Origin: a virus
Taxonomy: Duplodnaviria > Heunggongvirae > Uroviricota > Caudoviricetes
Length of the DNA: 38,024 nucleotides
Direction: 5' to 3' (one strand)
IMG/VR virus record: IMGVR_UViG_2703718860_000027
Below the pieces are notes generated by a model. It saw only the letters and a program-made list of their open reading frames with translations. It was not told the DNA's origin and made no database searches. Below are positions 10,733 through 23,535 of the stretch, in pieces; position 1 is the stretch's first letter; every line of letters starts with the position of its first letter. The translations under genes were made by a program, and so were the position numbers.

Positions 10733-11938
10733 ATGTTTCATCTCGATACTTTAGCAACGCTTGTTGCCGCAACGCTGACGTTGCTGCTCGGGCGTAAGTT
10801 GGTCCATTCCGTCTCCTTTTTGAAGAAATACACCATACCGGAACCTGTTGCGGGTGGTTTGTTGGTGGCGCTGGCGCTACTAGTACTGAAAAAAAGCATG
10901 GGCTGGGAAGTCAACTTTGATATGTCCCTGCGCGATCCGTTAATGCTGGCTTTCTTCGCCACCATTGGCCTGAACGCCAACATTGCCAGTTTGCGTGCCG
11001 GTGGGCGTGTGGTTGGCATCTTCTTGATTGTGGTTGTTGGTCTGTTGGTGATGCAAAATGCCATTGGCATTGGTATGGCTAGCCTGTTAGGGCTTGATCC
11101 GCTGATGGGGCTGTTGGCCGGTTCTATTACGCTTTCCGGCGGTCACGGTACGGGCGCTGCGTGGAGTAAATTGTTCATTGAACGTTATGGCTTCACCAAT
11201 GCGACGGAAGTGGCGATGGCCTGTGCAACGTTCGGTCTGGTGCTGGGCGGCTTGATTGGCGGTCCGGTGGCGCGCTATCTGGTGAAACACTCCACCACGC
11301 CGAACGGTATTCCGGATGACCAGGAAGTCCCGACGGCGTTTGAAAAGCCGGATGTGGGACGCATGATCACCTCGTTGGTGCTGATTGAAACTATCGCGCT
11401 GATTGCTATCTGCCTGACGGTGGGGAAAATTGTTGCGCAACTTTTGGCTGGCACTGCTTTTGAACTGCCGACCTTCGTCTGTGTCCTGTTTGTTGGCGTG
11501 ATTCTGAGCAACGGTCTGTCAATGATGGGCTTTTACCGCGTCTTTGAGCGTGCGGTATCCGTGCTGGGTAACGTAAGCCTGTCGTTGTTCCTGGCGATGG
11601 CGCTGATGGGGCTGAAACTGTGGGAGCTGGCTTCGCTGGCGCTGCCGATGCTGGCGATTCTGGTGGTACAGACCATCTTCATGGCGTTGTATGCCATCTT
11701 CGTTACCTGGCGCATGATGGGCAAAAACTACGATGCGGCAGTGCTGGCTGCGGGTCACTGTGGTTTTGGCCTCGGTGCAACGCCAACGGCAATCGCCAAC
11801 ATGCAGGCGATCACTGAACGCTTTGGCCCGTCGCACATGGCGTTTTTGGTGGTGCCGATGGTCGGTGCGTTCTTTATCGATATCGTCAATGCGCTGGTGA
11901 TTAAGCTGTATTTAATGTTGCCGATTTTTGCCGGTTAA
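10733..11938 (+). CDS. gltS: Sodium/glutamate symporter
   Basis: 401-aa ORF matching GltS (MFHLDTLATLVAATLTLLLGRK...), polytopic membrane protein, with AAGGAG before the start. Confidence 0.94.
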   Translation: MFHLDTLATLVAATLTLLLGRKLVHSVSFLKKYTIPEPVAGGLLVALALLVLKKSMGWEVNFDMSLRDPLMLAFFATIGLNANIASLRAGGRVVGIFLIVVVGLLVMQNAIGIGMASLLGLDPLMGLLAGSITLSGGHGTGAAWSKLFIERYGFTNATEVAMACATFGLVLGGLIGGPVARYLVKHSTTPNGIPDDQEVPTAFEKPDVGRMITSLVLIETIALIAICLTVGKIVAQLLAGTAFELPTFVCVLFVGVILSNGLSMMGFYRVFERAVSVLGNVSLSLFLAMALMGLKLWELASLALPMLAILVVQTIFMALYAIFVTWRMMGKNYDAAVLAAGHCGFGLGATPTAIANMQAITERFGPSHMAFLVVPMVGAFFIDIVNALVIKLYLMLPIFAG

Positions 11939-11940
11939 AA

Positions 11941-12807
11941 ATGAAAAAGCGTCGGAAGGAACCGGAAACGCTACGTGAACACTGTCGCCATATTTTTGGT
12001 GATGAGCCGCCAGTGCTCTGTGTATGGGAAACGGAATTTGATTACGCAGATGCCGAACTCAAGGCGCTGGCGGCTAAAGAGTGGCAGCAGATCAGCGTAT
12101 GGGATTTGAGTGCTTACTATGTACTCAATCTCGTTTATAACGAACCGATGCAAATAGAGTTGTTTCGCTATCTGTTTCCGCTCTGCCTGGCGCAATGGCA
12201 TGAAACCGTTTTAGCTGGCGGTTATGGTGATCACTTCGAAGAATCCTTAATGAAGGCATTGTGTCGGCCCTATCTCTGGCAGGAGATGATGAATGCTTCC
12301 CAACGCCAGCAGGTACGGCAATTTTTACTGGACACCGCGTTGCAGCGTATGGATAACGAGCGTGGTTTCAATAACGTTCTTTGCTGGCTGGCGGTGTTCA
12401 ATACTCTGGGTGGGGCCGCGCCGTTAATTCATTCTCTCTGGTCGCGCTGGTGGGCGCTGGATACGCCAGGAAAAGCGGTGTGTGCTATTCAGTATGCCGC
12501 GCATCTAATTTATCCCATAGAAGCCAATCCGTTATGGTCGCAAGAATGGATAGGCTGGGGGCATCCATTAGGCCATAAAGATGGCTGGTCCTCTGATAAT
12601 CGCGCTTTTCTTCGCCAAATGTTAACACCTGAAATGATTGTGGCTGGCGTACAGGCAGCGGCTGAAATTCTGCGTGGTGAACCGGAAGGCGCAATGGCGG
12701 CGCGAATTGCACAGGATGCGTATGAGGCAATGGATATCCTCACTATCCAGATTGAAGATTTACTGCGTGACTTGTCTTGTGATGAGTCTGGTCATGCGTT
12801 GGAGTAA
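11941..12807 (+). CDS. Hypothetical Trp-rich cytoplasmic protein of unknown function, inserted between gltS and recG
   Basis: 288-codon ORF whose ATG lies 2 nt after the gltS stop and whose 3' end overlaps the last recG codons on the opposite strand by 16 nt. GC content and codon usage look host-like. No transmembrane segment and no motif I can assign. Confidence 0.6.
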   Translation: MKKRRKEPETLREHCRHIFGDEPPVLCVWETEFDYADAELKALAAKEWQQISVWDLSAYYVLNLVYNEPMQIELFRYLFPLCLAQWHETVLAGGYGDHFEESLMKALCRPYLWQEMMNASQRQQVRQFLLDTALQRMDNERGFNNVLCWLAVFNTLGGAAPLIHSLWSRWWALDTPGKAVCAIQYAAHLIYPIEANPLWSQEWIGWGHPLGHKDGWSSDNRAFLRQMLTPEMIVAGVQAAAEILRGEPEGAMAARIAQDAYEAMDILTIQIEDLLRDLSCDESGHALE

Positions 12808-14873
12808 CGTTCCGTCTCCGGCATCCAGCGTTCTATCAGGGCTTTTGCTTGTTGTGGGTAACGTTCGTGAATATGTCGCGCCAGGCGCTGAACTTCCGGG
12901 ATCATCGCCTGATCGCGCAGTAAATCCGCCACTTTAAACTCAGCATTACCCGTCTGACGCGTACCTAACAGTTCACCCGGTCCGCGAATCTCTAAGTCTT
13001 TCTGTGCAATCACAAAACCGTCGTTGCTGTCGCGCAGCACTTGCAGCCGAATTTGCGCGGTTTTGGAGAGCGGCGTTTTGTAGAGCAGCACGCAGTGAGA
13101 AGCCACCGCACCACGACCTACACGCCCGCGAAGCTGGTGTAACTGCGCCAGACCCAGACGCTCCGGGTTTTCGATAATCATCAGACTGGCGTTAGGCACA
13201 TCAACGCCGACTTCAATAACGGTTGTGGCAACCAGCAGGTGTAGCTCACCTTGTTTAAACGACGCCATCACCGCCTGTTTCTCGACAGGTTTCATCCGCC
13301 CGTGTACCAGGCCAACGTTCAACTCTGGTAGCGCCAGTTTCAACTCTTCCCAGGTAGCTTCCGCCGCCTGCGCTTCCAGCAATTCCGACTCTTCAATCAA
13401 CGTACAAACCCAGTATGCCTGACGACCTTCAGTTATGCAGGCGTGGCGCACGCGGTCAATGATGTCGGTACGGCGGGTATCAGGAATAGCGACCGTAGTC
13501 ACTGGCGTGCGGCCTGGCGGCAGCTCATCTATCACCGAGGTATCGAGATCGGCATACGCAGTCATTGCCAGCGTGCGGGGGATCGGCGTGGCGGTCATGA
13601 TCAACTGATGCGGATGGAAGCCCTGCTGCTGGCCTTTCTCCCACAATGCCAGACGCTGATGCACGCCAAAACGATGCTGTTCGTCGATAATCACCAGCGC
13701 CAGGCCGTTAAACTGCACCTGTTCCTGGAAGATGGCGTGTGTACCGACAATCATCTGCACCTGACCGCTGGCGATGGCTTCCTGCTGTGCCAGCCGTGCT
13801 TTACCTTTCTGCTTACCGGCGAGCCAGCCCACTTCGATACCGAGCGGTGCAAACCAGTTGCGGAAGTTATTGGCGTGCTGCTCGGCGAGTAATTCGGTTG
13901 GTGCCATCAATGCTACCTGTTTGCCGTGGGCAATCGCACGCAACGCGGCGAGGGCGGCGACCAGCGTTTTACCGGAACCTACATCGCCCTGCACCAGACG
14001 CATCATCGGCACATCCAGCGCCATATCGCGCTCGATCTCCGCCACTACGCGTGCCTGTGCGCCCGTTGGCTTGAACGGTAAGGCGGCGAGGAGTTTATTT
14101 TTCAGCGTGTCATTGGCGCTCAGCGGCTGGGCATGAAAACGCTGTGCTCCGGCACGTAAGGCTAACATGCTGAGGTTGTGCGCCAGCAGTTCTTCCAGAA
14201 TCAGACGACGTTGCGCCGGATGCTGCCCGGTTTCCAGATCGCTAAGCTGTAGCGTCGGTGGCGGGCGGTGCAAAGTGCGCAACGCTTCCGGTAGCGTCAT
14301 CATTCCTTGTGACAGTTCCGGCGGCAGGAGTTCTTCAATGGCGCAGGTGTCGAGCAGATCCAGCGCCTGGTCGGTTAATTTACGCAGCGTGGCCTGCTTT
14401 ACGCCTTCCGTTGTTGGATAAACCGGCGTGAGCGTTTCCTGTAATTCTGGCGTGCTGAGATCGCCCTGCACGCGGTATTCCGGGTGGATCATCTCCGCAC
14501 CATATTTACCGCGCTTTGCTTCGCCATAAGCCAGTACACGGCGGCCCGTCGCCAGGCTATTTTTCATTGCCGCGCTGAAATTGAAAAAGCGCATGGTGAG
14601 GATGCCGGAACCGTCGCTGATCTGGCAGGTCATCATCCGCCGACCGCCGAAGGAGATATTGCAGTTCAGCACTTCGCCTTCCACCGTGGCATAAACGCCC
14701 GGCAGTAGTTCTCCGATGGGGTAGAGATGGGTGCGATCTTCGTAGCGCAGGGGAAGGTGTAAGAGTAGATCCTGCACGGTATGCAGGTTGATTTTCGCCA
14801 GTTTGTTACTAAGTGCTGCGCCAACGCCCGTTAGGGAACTGAGTGGGACAGCATCTAACAGGCGACCTTTCAT
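12792..14873 (-). CDS. recG: ATP-dependent DNA helicase RecG
   Basis: 693 aa from MKGRLLDAVPLSSLTGVG..., with helicase motifs (GDVGSGKT, DEQHRFG). The C-terminus ...ERYSNA matches E. coli RecG. Confidence 0.95.
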   Translation of the reverse strand: MKGRLLDAVPLSSLTGVGAALSNKLAKINLHTVQDLLLHLPLRYEDRTHLYPIGELLPGVYATVEGEVLNCNISFGGRRMMTCQISDGSGILTMRFFNFSAAMKNSLATGRRVLAYGEAKRGKYGAEMIHPEYRVQGDLSTPELQETLTPVYPTTEGVKQATLRKLTDQALDLLDTCAIEELLPPELSQGMMTLPEALRTLHRPPPTLQLSDLETGQHPAQRRLILEELLAHNLSMLALRAGAQRFHAQPLSANDTLKNKLLAALPFKPTGAQARVVAEIERDMALDVPMMRLVQGDVGSGKTLVAALAALRAIAHGKQVALMAPTELLAEQHANNFRNWFAPLGIEVGWLAGKQKGKARLAQQEAIASGQVQMIVGTHAIFQEQVQFNGLALVIIDEQHRFGVHQRLALWEKGQQQGFHPHQLIMTATPIPRTLAMTAYADLDTSVIDELPPGRTPVTTVAIPDTRRTDIIDRVRHACITEGRQAYWVCTLIEESELLEAQAAEATWEELKLALPELNVGLVHGRMKPVEKQAVMASFKQGELHLLVATTVIEVGVDVPNASLMIIENPERLGLAQLHQLRGRVGRGAVASHCVLLYKTPLSKTAQIRLQVLRDSNDGFVIAQKDLEIRGPGELLGTRQTGNAEFKVADLLRDQAMIPEVQRLARHIHERYPQQAKALIERWMPETERYSNA

Positions 14874-14878
14874 GGCAC

Positions 14879-15568
14879 TTACCCTGCAGCCTGCATAGTA
14901 GCCCACCAGTCGGCATCAGCTTCGATCTCGCCTTGCTGATTGACGTGGGGATAAGGCAGGCCTTTGCGTTTTGCGACTTTCGCCAGCACCGGATAGCCGC
15001 CTTCAAACAACAGGCGTTGTTGCTCTGCTTCCGGCAACATGCTGTTTTCACGCAGGTACATGCCTGCATTTTGCCGCTGACGCTGGGCTTCGTAAAGAAT
15101 GAGGGCTGAGGCAACGGAAACATTCAGCGACTGCACCATGCCGATCATCGGAATGATGATGTCCTGATCCGCCAGGGCCAATGCTTCCTGCGTGATGCCC
15201 GTTTTCTCCTGTCCCATCAAAATGCAGGTCGGGCGAGTGTAATCAATTTCGCGGAAATCGACAGCGTTATCAGAAAGATGGGTTGCCAGAATCTGCATGC
15301 CCTGGCCTTTGAGATGAGCGACGGCATCGCCAATGGTGCGGTGTGTTTTCACCTGTACCCAGCTGTTACTACCCGCCGCTGCCGAAGCCATGGTGCGCAT
15401 GCGGCTACCAGGCCAGACGGCGTGAACTTCATGTACGCCAACGGCATCTGCGGTACGAATAATCGCAGAAACGTTATGAGGTTTGTGGACCTGCTCCATG
15501 CAGACGGTCAGATCAGGCTGCCGCCTGGCGAGCATTTCGCAGATGCGTGCATAACGTGTTGGGTTCAT
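14879..15568 (-). CDS. trmH: tRNA (guanosine18-2'-O)-methyltransferase TrmH (SpoU)
   Basis: 229-aa ORF matching the SpoU/TrmH family, in its operon position between spoT and recG. Confidence 0.93.
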   Translation of the reverse strand: MNPTRYARICEMLARRQPDLTVCMEQVHKPHNVSAIIRTADAVGVHEVHAVWPGSRMRTMASAAAGSNSWVQVKTHRTIGDAVAHLKGQGMQILATHLSDNAVDFREIDYTRPTCILMGQEKTGITQEALALADQDIIIPMIGMVQSLNVSVASALILYEAQRQRQNAGMYLRENSMLPEAEQQRLLFEGGYPVLAKVAKRKGLPYPHVNQQGEIEADADWWATMQAAG

Positions 15569-15574
15569 AAAACA

Positions 15575-17683
15575 TTAATTTCGGTTTCGGGTGACTTTAA
15601 TCACGTCTGGCATCACGCGGATTTTGCGCATGATATTCGCCAGATGCACACGGTCACGAGCGGTCAGACGAATAAAGGCGCTGTAGACGCGACCATCTTT
15701 CTCTTCCGTATTCAAACTTTGAATATTCGAGGTCGTGGTGTTAATTGCCGCCGTCAGGTTTGCCAGCGCACCCTGATGATTGAACATCTCCACCTTGATT
15801 TCGGTGATGAACTCCTGCGCCGTCTCTTTATCCCATTCCACAGCCATAAACTTCTCTGGCTCTTTCTGGTAGCCACGGATGTTACGGCAGGATTCATGGT
15901 GGATCACCAGACCTTTACCGGGGCTGACGTGGGCGATAATCGGGTCGCCAGGAATGGGGCGGCAGCATTTCGCAAAGGTGATCAGCACGCCATCAGCGCC
16001 TTTGATCGGCAGATGCCCGTGGCTTTGAGTCGCCGGTGGAATGGAGGCGTCCCCATGTTGTAGATTTTTCGCGACCACCACGCTCATTGCGTTACCAAGG
16101 CCGATTTCTGCCAGCAGATCGTCAAGCGTTGCCAGCTTCATGCGATCCAGCTCGCGCTGAATATTTTCCTGCGGGATTTCATTCAGCTTACGGCTACCAC
16201 CCAAAGCATGGTTGAGCAGACGACGGCCCAGGCTTACAGAATCATCACGCTTGAGGTTTTTCAGCAACTGACGAATTTTGGCGCGCGCTTTTGAGCTAAC
16301 GACAAAGTTCAGCCACGCGGCATTCGGGCGAGCGCCCGGTGCGGTAATGATTTCAACGGTTTGACCGCTGGTAAGCGGCTGCGACAGCGGGTAAGGCTGG
16401 CGGTCAACGCGTGCGCCCACGCAGGCATGACCGATATCGGTATGCACTGCATAAGCGAAGTCGACGGGCGTTGCACCGGCAGGCAGCTCGACAATTCGCC
16501 CTTCCGGTGTGAAAACGTAAATCTCATCCGGGAAGAGATCGGATTTAACGCTCTCGATAAATTCAAACGAACTACCGGCGCTCTGTTGCAGCTCCAGCAG
16601 GCTTTGCATCCAGCGCTGGGCGCGGATTTGTGCGGTAGTACTGGTTTCGCCGTGCTCTTTATAAGCCCAGTGCGCGGCAACACCCATCTCCGCCATCTGA
16701 TCCATATCTTCGGTACGGATCTGGACCTCAACCGGCACGCCGTGCGGGCCAATCATCGAGGTGTGCAACGACTGATAGCCGTTCGCTTTAGGAATGGCGA
16801 TATAGTCTTTCACGCGACCCGGACGCGGCTTGTACAGGCTATGCATTTGCCCGAGCACGCGATAACAGGTGTCAGAATCATTGACGATCACGCGGAAAGC
16901 GTAGATGTCCATGATTGAGTGAAAACGCTGCTCTTTGAGCACCATTTTGCAGTAAATCGAATAAAGATGCTTTTCGCGACCACTGACGCGGCACGGTATT
17001 CCCGCTTCCTGCAAACGCCCTTCGATTTCAGAGAGGATTTTTTGGATCATCTCTTTACGGTTGCCGCGCGCGGCTTTCACCACTTCTTTAATTACGCGGT
17101 AACGATTGGGATACAGCGCCTCAAAACCCAGCTCTTCGAGTTCGGTTTTAATGTGGTGGATACCTAAACGGTGCGCCAGCGGGCTATAAATTTCGAGAGT
17201 TTCACGGGCGATGCGGCGACGTTTGTCCGGGCGAAGTGAGCCCAGCGTGCGCATGTTGTGGGTACGGTCGGCAAGTTTGATGAGAATGACGCGGATATCC
17301 TGCACCATCGCCATAATCATCTTGCGAAAGTTTTCGGCCTGCGCCTCTTTCTTATCGCGGAACTTGAGCTTATCAAGTTTCGACACCCCCTCTACCAGCT
17401 CGGCGACGCTTTTACCAAAAAGCTGTTCCATGTCCTGGTAGGTGGCGGGAGTATCTTCAATCACGTCATGCAGCAGCGCCGCCATCAGCGTTTCATAGTC
17501 GAGTTTCATCTCGGCCAGAATGCAGGCAACCGCTACCGGGTGCGTGATATAGGGTTCACCGCTTGAACGTGTTTGCCCCTCGTGAGCATCACGTGCAACG
17601 AGATACGCCTGCCGCAGACGCTTGATTTGGTCTTCCGGCAGGTAGGTTTGAATCAGTTGATTCAGGCTTTCAAACAGATACAA
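15575..17683 (-). CDS. spoT: Bifunctional (p)ppGpp synthetase/hydrolase SpoT
   Basis: 702-aa ORF (MYLFESLNQLIQ...) with HD hydrolase and RelA/SpoT domains. The start codon is TTG, as known for E. coli spoT. Confidence 0.95.
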   Translation of the reverse strand: MYLFESLNQLIQTYLPEDQIKRLRQAYLVARDAHEGQTRSSGEPYITHPVAVACILAEMKLDYETLMAALLHDVIEDTPATYQDMEQLFGKSVAELVEGVSKLDKLKFRDKKEAQAENFRKMIMAMVQDIRVILIKLADRTHNMRTLGSLRPDKRRRIARETLEIYSPLAHRLGIHHIKTELEELGFEALYPNRYRVIKEVVKAARGNRKEMIQKILSEIEGRLQEAGIPCRVSGREKHLYSIYCKMVLKEQRFHSIMDIYAFRVIVNDSDTCYRVLGQMHSLYKPRPGRVKDYIAIPKANGYQSLHTSMIGPHGVPVEVQIRTEDMDQMAEMGVAAHWAYKEHGETSTTAQIRAQRWMQSLLELQQSAGSSFEFIESVKSDLFPDEIYVFTPEGRIVELPAGATPVDFAYAVHTDIGHACVGARVDRQPYPLSQPLTSGQTVEIITAPGARPNAAWLNFVVSSKARAKIRQLLKNLKRDDSVSLGRRLLNHALGGSRKLNEIPQENIQRELDRMKLATLDDLLAEIGLGNAMSVVVAKNLQHGDASIPPATQSHGHLPIKGADGVLITFAKCCRPIPGDPIIAHVSPGKGLVIHHESCRNIRGYQKEPEKFMAVEWDKETAQEFITEIKVEMFNHQGALANLTAAINTTTSNIQSLNTEEKDGRVYSAFIRLTARDRVHLANIMRKIRVMPDVIKVTRNRN

Positions 17684-17701
17684 GGGCGACCCGCTTTGTG
17701 A

Positions 17702-17977
17702 TTAACGACGACCTTCAGCAATAGCGGTAACGGCTTGTAATTCAGCGGCTTCCTGCTCTTGCTGTTCCTGGCGTTCGCGAACGTCGAGGATCTGGTTGTT
17801 GATCAGACCTTCTTCGATTTCGCGCAGCGCGATTACAGTGGTTTTATCGTTTTCTTCCGGTACCAGCGGATCCTTTCCGCCTACCTGCATCTGACGAGCG
17901 CGACGCGCGGCGACCAGTACCAGGTCAAAACGGTTACCAATTTTCTCTACAGCGTCCTGAACAGTTACGCGTGCCAT
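17702..17977 (-). CDS. rpoZ: RNA polymerase omega subunit
   Basis: 91-aa ORF ([29 protein letters not shown]...) matching RpoZ. Confidence 0.95.
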
Positions 17978-18031
17978 ACTTAAAAAGCTCCACAGGTGAA
18001 GAAATGACTGGGCATGATACTGAAATCAGGT

Positions 18032-18779
<748 letters not shown>

Positions 18780-18798
18780 TTTCCGCATTTGCCTGTGA

Positions 18799-21209
<2,411 letters not shown>

Positions 21210-21500
21210 GGTTCTCTCCCTAAAAATCTGTCTGGCAGGGTAGCGATTTGTGCGTATTGTCACGATTGAGATTTTTTAAGGTGAGAGGAAATTGATAACT
21301 TGTAGTTATGTGAAATCGCTATTTTCTGTAGCGTAGATGCATTCTTCTGACTTCTTGTCTGAGAAAATGCATAAGAAAAAATAGGTTAAAATTGAGGGGT
21401 GGAAAAGAAAGGTGCAATGTTTAGCCATTGTGTTCACCGCACCTGGACTTTGGCTTACGCATCGGGTATCTCAATCAACAAAAAGAGTTTTTAGTTTCTG

Positions 21501-22325
21501 CTATTTCTTCTCTGTAATTTTTACACTGTTTTCCAACTGCTTGATGCTGACCTGCGGGGTCGGCAACTCCTCAGGCATGGTTCCGCCAAGTTCCTGAATG
21601 GTTTGCCTCACCTTGCTACCCACGTCAAAGTGTGTGGTATTAGCTTGCTGTTTTGAATTCACGCCATCCCGCTTGAGTTTTTCTTCTGTTTGGGTAGCTC
21701 GAAAGAGATTAGCCGCCAGTTCTGTTGAACCCATATGATCCAGGATCTTCTGACTCTTTTTCAGCCCCTTCCGCTGATGGATGGCTTTCTGATCTAATCC
21801 ACCATACAGCCCCCGGTAACCATGATTCTGAAATATGGCGAAATCGATAGCTGTCGCTACCCCAGCTTGCTGCGCTGCCTCAACCAATTGTTTGTTATGT
21901 TCTTTCAATTCATTTCTCAGAAAAAGACGCTTTTCGTCTTCACGAAGTTGCCTGAAAGCTTCATCGTCAGCCAGCTCCTGCCGTCGGGTCTGGATAGCAA
22001 AATAAGTTTGCCCTGCCGCAATAACCGGTTTCGCAGGGTCGCCGTTTTGTACTACCAGGTAACAGGCATAGCGGGAGAGATGAACATCTTCAAGTTCTCG
22101 TTGAGCCCCTGAACCTAATACAACCATTTTGGTGGTTTCAACGAAATGGTCAGATGCAGCTTGATTGCTGGCTTCGCACGCTTGAGTCGCGCGGGCCAGT
22201 ACCTTTTGAAAATTGCGCCAGTCCCGATAATCCAGTAACGGTGCCAATTCTCTAGCTGACCAAAATTCTTGCCCTTCAGTGCCATAATGCCGTATTTCTT
22301 CAAAAGGTTGATGATGTTCGTTCAT
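21501..22325 (-). CDS. dinD: DNA-damage-inducible protein D
   Basis: 274 aa from MNEHHQPFEEIRHYG..., matching DinD. A LexA box lies 46 bp upstream. Confidence 0.9.
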   Translation of the reverse strand: MNEHHQPFEEIRHYGTEGQEFWSARELAPLLDYRDWRNFQKVLARATQACEASNQAASDHFVETTKMVVLGSGAQRELEDVHLSRYACYLVVQNGDPAKPVIAAGQTYFAIQTRRQELADDEAFRQLREDEKRLFLRNELKEHNKQLVEAAQQAGVATAIDFAIFQNHGYRGLYGGLDQKAIHQRKGLKKSQKILDHMGSTELAANLFRATQTEEKLKRDGVNSKQQANTTHFDVGSKVRQTIQELGGTMPEELPTPQVSIKQLENSVKITEKK

Positions 22326-22370
22326 TGCCCACTCCATGTGATATCGATTGCAAAGAAAGTAAATCTGTAA

Positions 22371-22386
22371 CTGTATTTATATACAG
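22371..22386 (-). promoter_or_regulatory. LexA (SOS) box upstream of dinD
   Basis: CTGTATTTATATACAG is a near-perfect match to the CTGT-N8-ACAG LexA consensus, placed 46 bp upstream of the dinD start. Confidence 0.8.
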
Positions 22387-22477
22387 TTGTGAGTATCTCA
22401 CGTTCTCAGTGTGCTGGGCAAAAAAACATCGCAAAATCTGGAGCAGGCACGCAAAACAGAATTGAAGTTGCGGGGAA

Positions 22478-22512
22478 GAAAAATGCCGCTCTGTTTGAGT
22501 GGGCGGCATTTG
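22478..22512 (-). terminator. Rho-independent terminator downstream of yicC
   Basis: On the minus strand, stem ATGCCGC / GCGGCAT is followed by TTTTTCTTCC, about 35 nt after the yicC stop. Confidence 0.5.
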
Positions 22513-22545
22513 TGAAGGCTGAAAAGTAAGAATTGGCGTTACGAG

Positions 22546-23409
22546 TTATTCAATGTTCTGAATCTGCTCGCGCATCTGCTCAATCAACACTTTCAGCTCA
22601 ATCGCGGAGTTTGTCACTTCGGCATTGATAGACTTCGACGCAAGAGTGTTCGACTCGCGGTTGAATTCCTGCATCATAAAGTCCAGACGACGACCAACGG
22701 CTTCTTTTTTCTTCAGAATGTTGTAGGTCTCTTTGACATGCGCTTCCAGGCGGTCCAGTTCTTCGGCAACGTCAATTCGTTGTGCCAGCAGAACCAGCTC
22801 CTGCTCCAGACGGTTGTTTTCCAACTGAACCTGAGCATCTTCCAGCTTCGCGACCAGACGCTCACGCTGCCATTGCAGGATTTCCGGCATATGGGCGCGG
22901 ACTTTGACCACTTCGGCGGTGACGCCTTCCAGACGCTGCTCGATCAATGCTTTCAGTGCCTGACCTTCGGTTTCGCGCGCGACAATAAAGTCGTCCAGCG
23001 TACCATCCAGCGCCGCGAGAATTTCAGCGGCAATGGCGTCAAGATCCTGCTCCTGGGCTGCCATCACGCCCGGCCAGCGTAGAATATCAACCGGGTTGAT
23101 TTCCCCTTCGTCACTCTGCATTTTTACCCAGTTCGCGGCAGTTACCAGCTGTTTAGCCAGTTTTTCGTTGAGGATCAGCTCACCTTGCGCGCTAACATCT
23201 GGCTCATAGCGCAGGGTACATTCCACTTTACCGCGCGTCAGGCGAGAACGAATACGCTCGCGAACGACAGGTTCAAGGCTACGGAACTGCTCCGGCAGAC
23301 GAAAGTAAGTTTCCAGATAACGCTGGTTTACCGAGCGCATTTCCCAGGTCGCGCTCCCCCATTCACCCTTGATTTCACGCCGGGCGTAGGCGGTCATACT
23401 GCGGATCAT
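22546..23409 (-). CDS. yicC: YicC-family stress-induced protein (UPF0701)
   Basis: 287-aa ORF matching E. coli YicC in length and sequence (MIRSMTAYARREIKGEWGSATWEMRSVNQRYLE...). Confidence 0.9.
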   Translation of the reverse strand: MIRSMTAYARREIKGEWGSATWEMRSVNQRYLETYFRLPEQFRSLEPVVRERIRSRLTRGKVECTLRYEPDVSAQGELILNEKLAKQLVTAANWVKMQSDEGEINPVDILRWPGVMAAQEQDLDAIAAEILAALDGTLDDFIVARETEGQALKALIEQRLEGVTAEVVKVRAHMPEILQWQRERLVAKLEDAQVQLENNRLEQELVLLAQRIDVAEELDRLEAHVKETYNILKKKEAVGRRLDFMMQEFNRESNTLASKSINAEVTNSAIELKVLIEQMREQIQNIE

Positions 23410-23535
23410 AGACGTTCCTGTTTATAAAAGGAGAGGTGGAAGGATTATAGCCATCGATGCCTTGTCAGGATAGGAATAACCGCCGGAAGTCCGTATAATG
23501 CGCAGCCACATTTGTTTCAAGCCGGAGATTTCAAT

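Noticed and set aside
13443-14136. Several 110-150-aa plus-strand ORFs inside recG
   Set aside because: They are antisense to recG and have Arg/Ala/Ser-rich low-complexity translations typical of the reverse frame of GC-rich genes.
15278-16063. 261-aa plus-strand ORF spanning the trmH/spoT junction
   Set aside because: It is antisense to two well-supported, conserved genes in a GC-rich region and has no recognisable domain or start context. This is a typical spurious antisense ORF.
16361-16918. 185-aa plus-strand ORF inside spoT
   Set aside because: It lies fully within the spoT coding region on the opposite strand, with no ribosome-binding site and no domain signature. Most likely a chance ORF.
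21412-21597. 61-aa hydrophobic small ORF, considered as a small membrane toxin
   Set aside because: It overlaps the dinD 3' coding end in antisense, has no ribosome-binding site, and has no partner antitoxin-like ORF or sRNA structure. Judged spurious.
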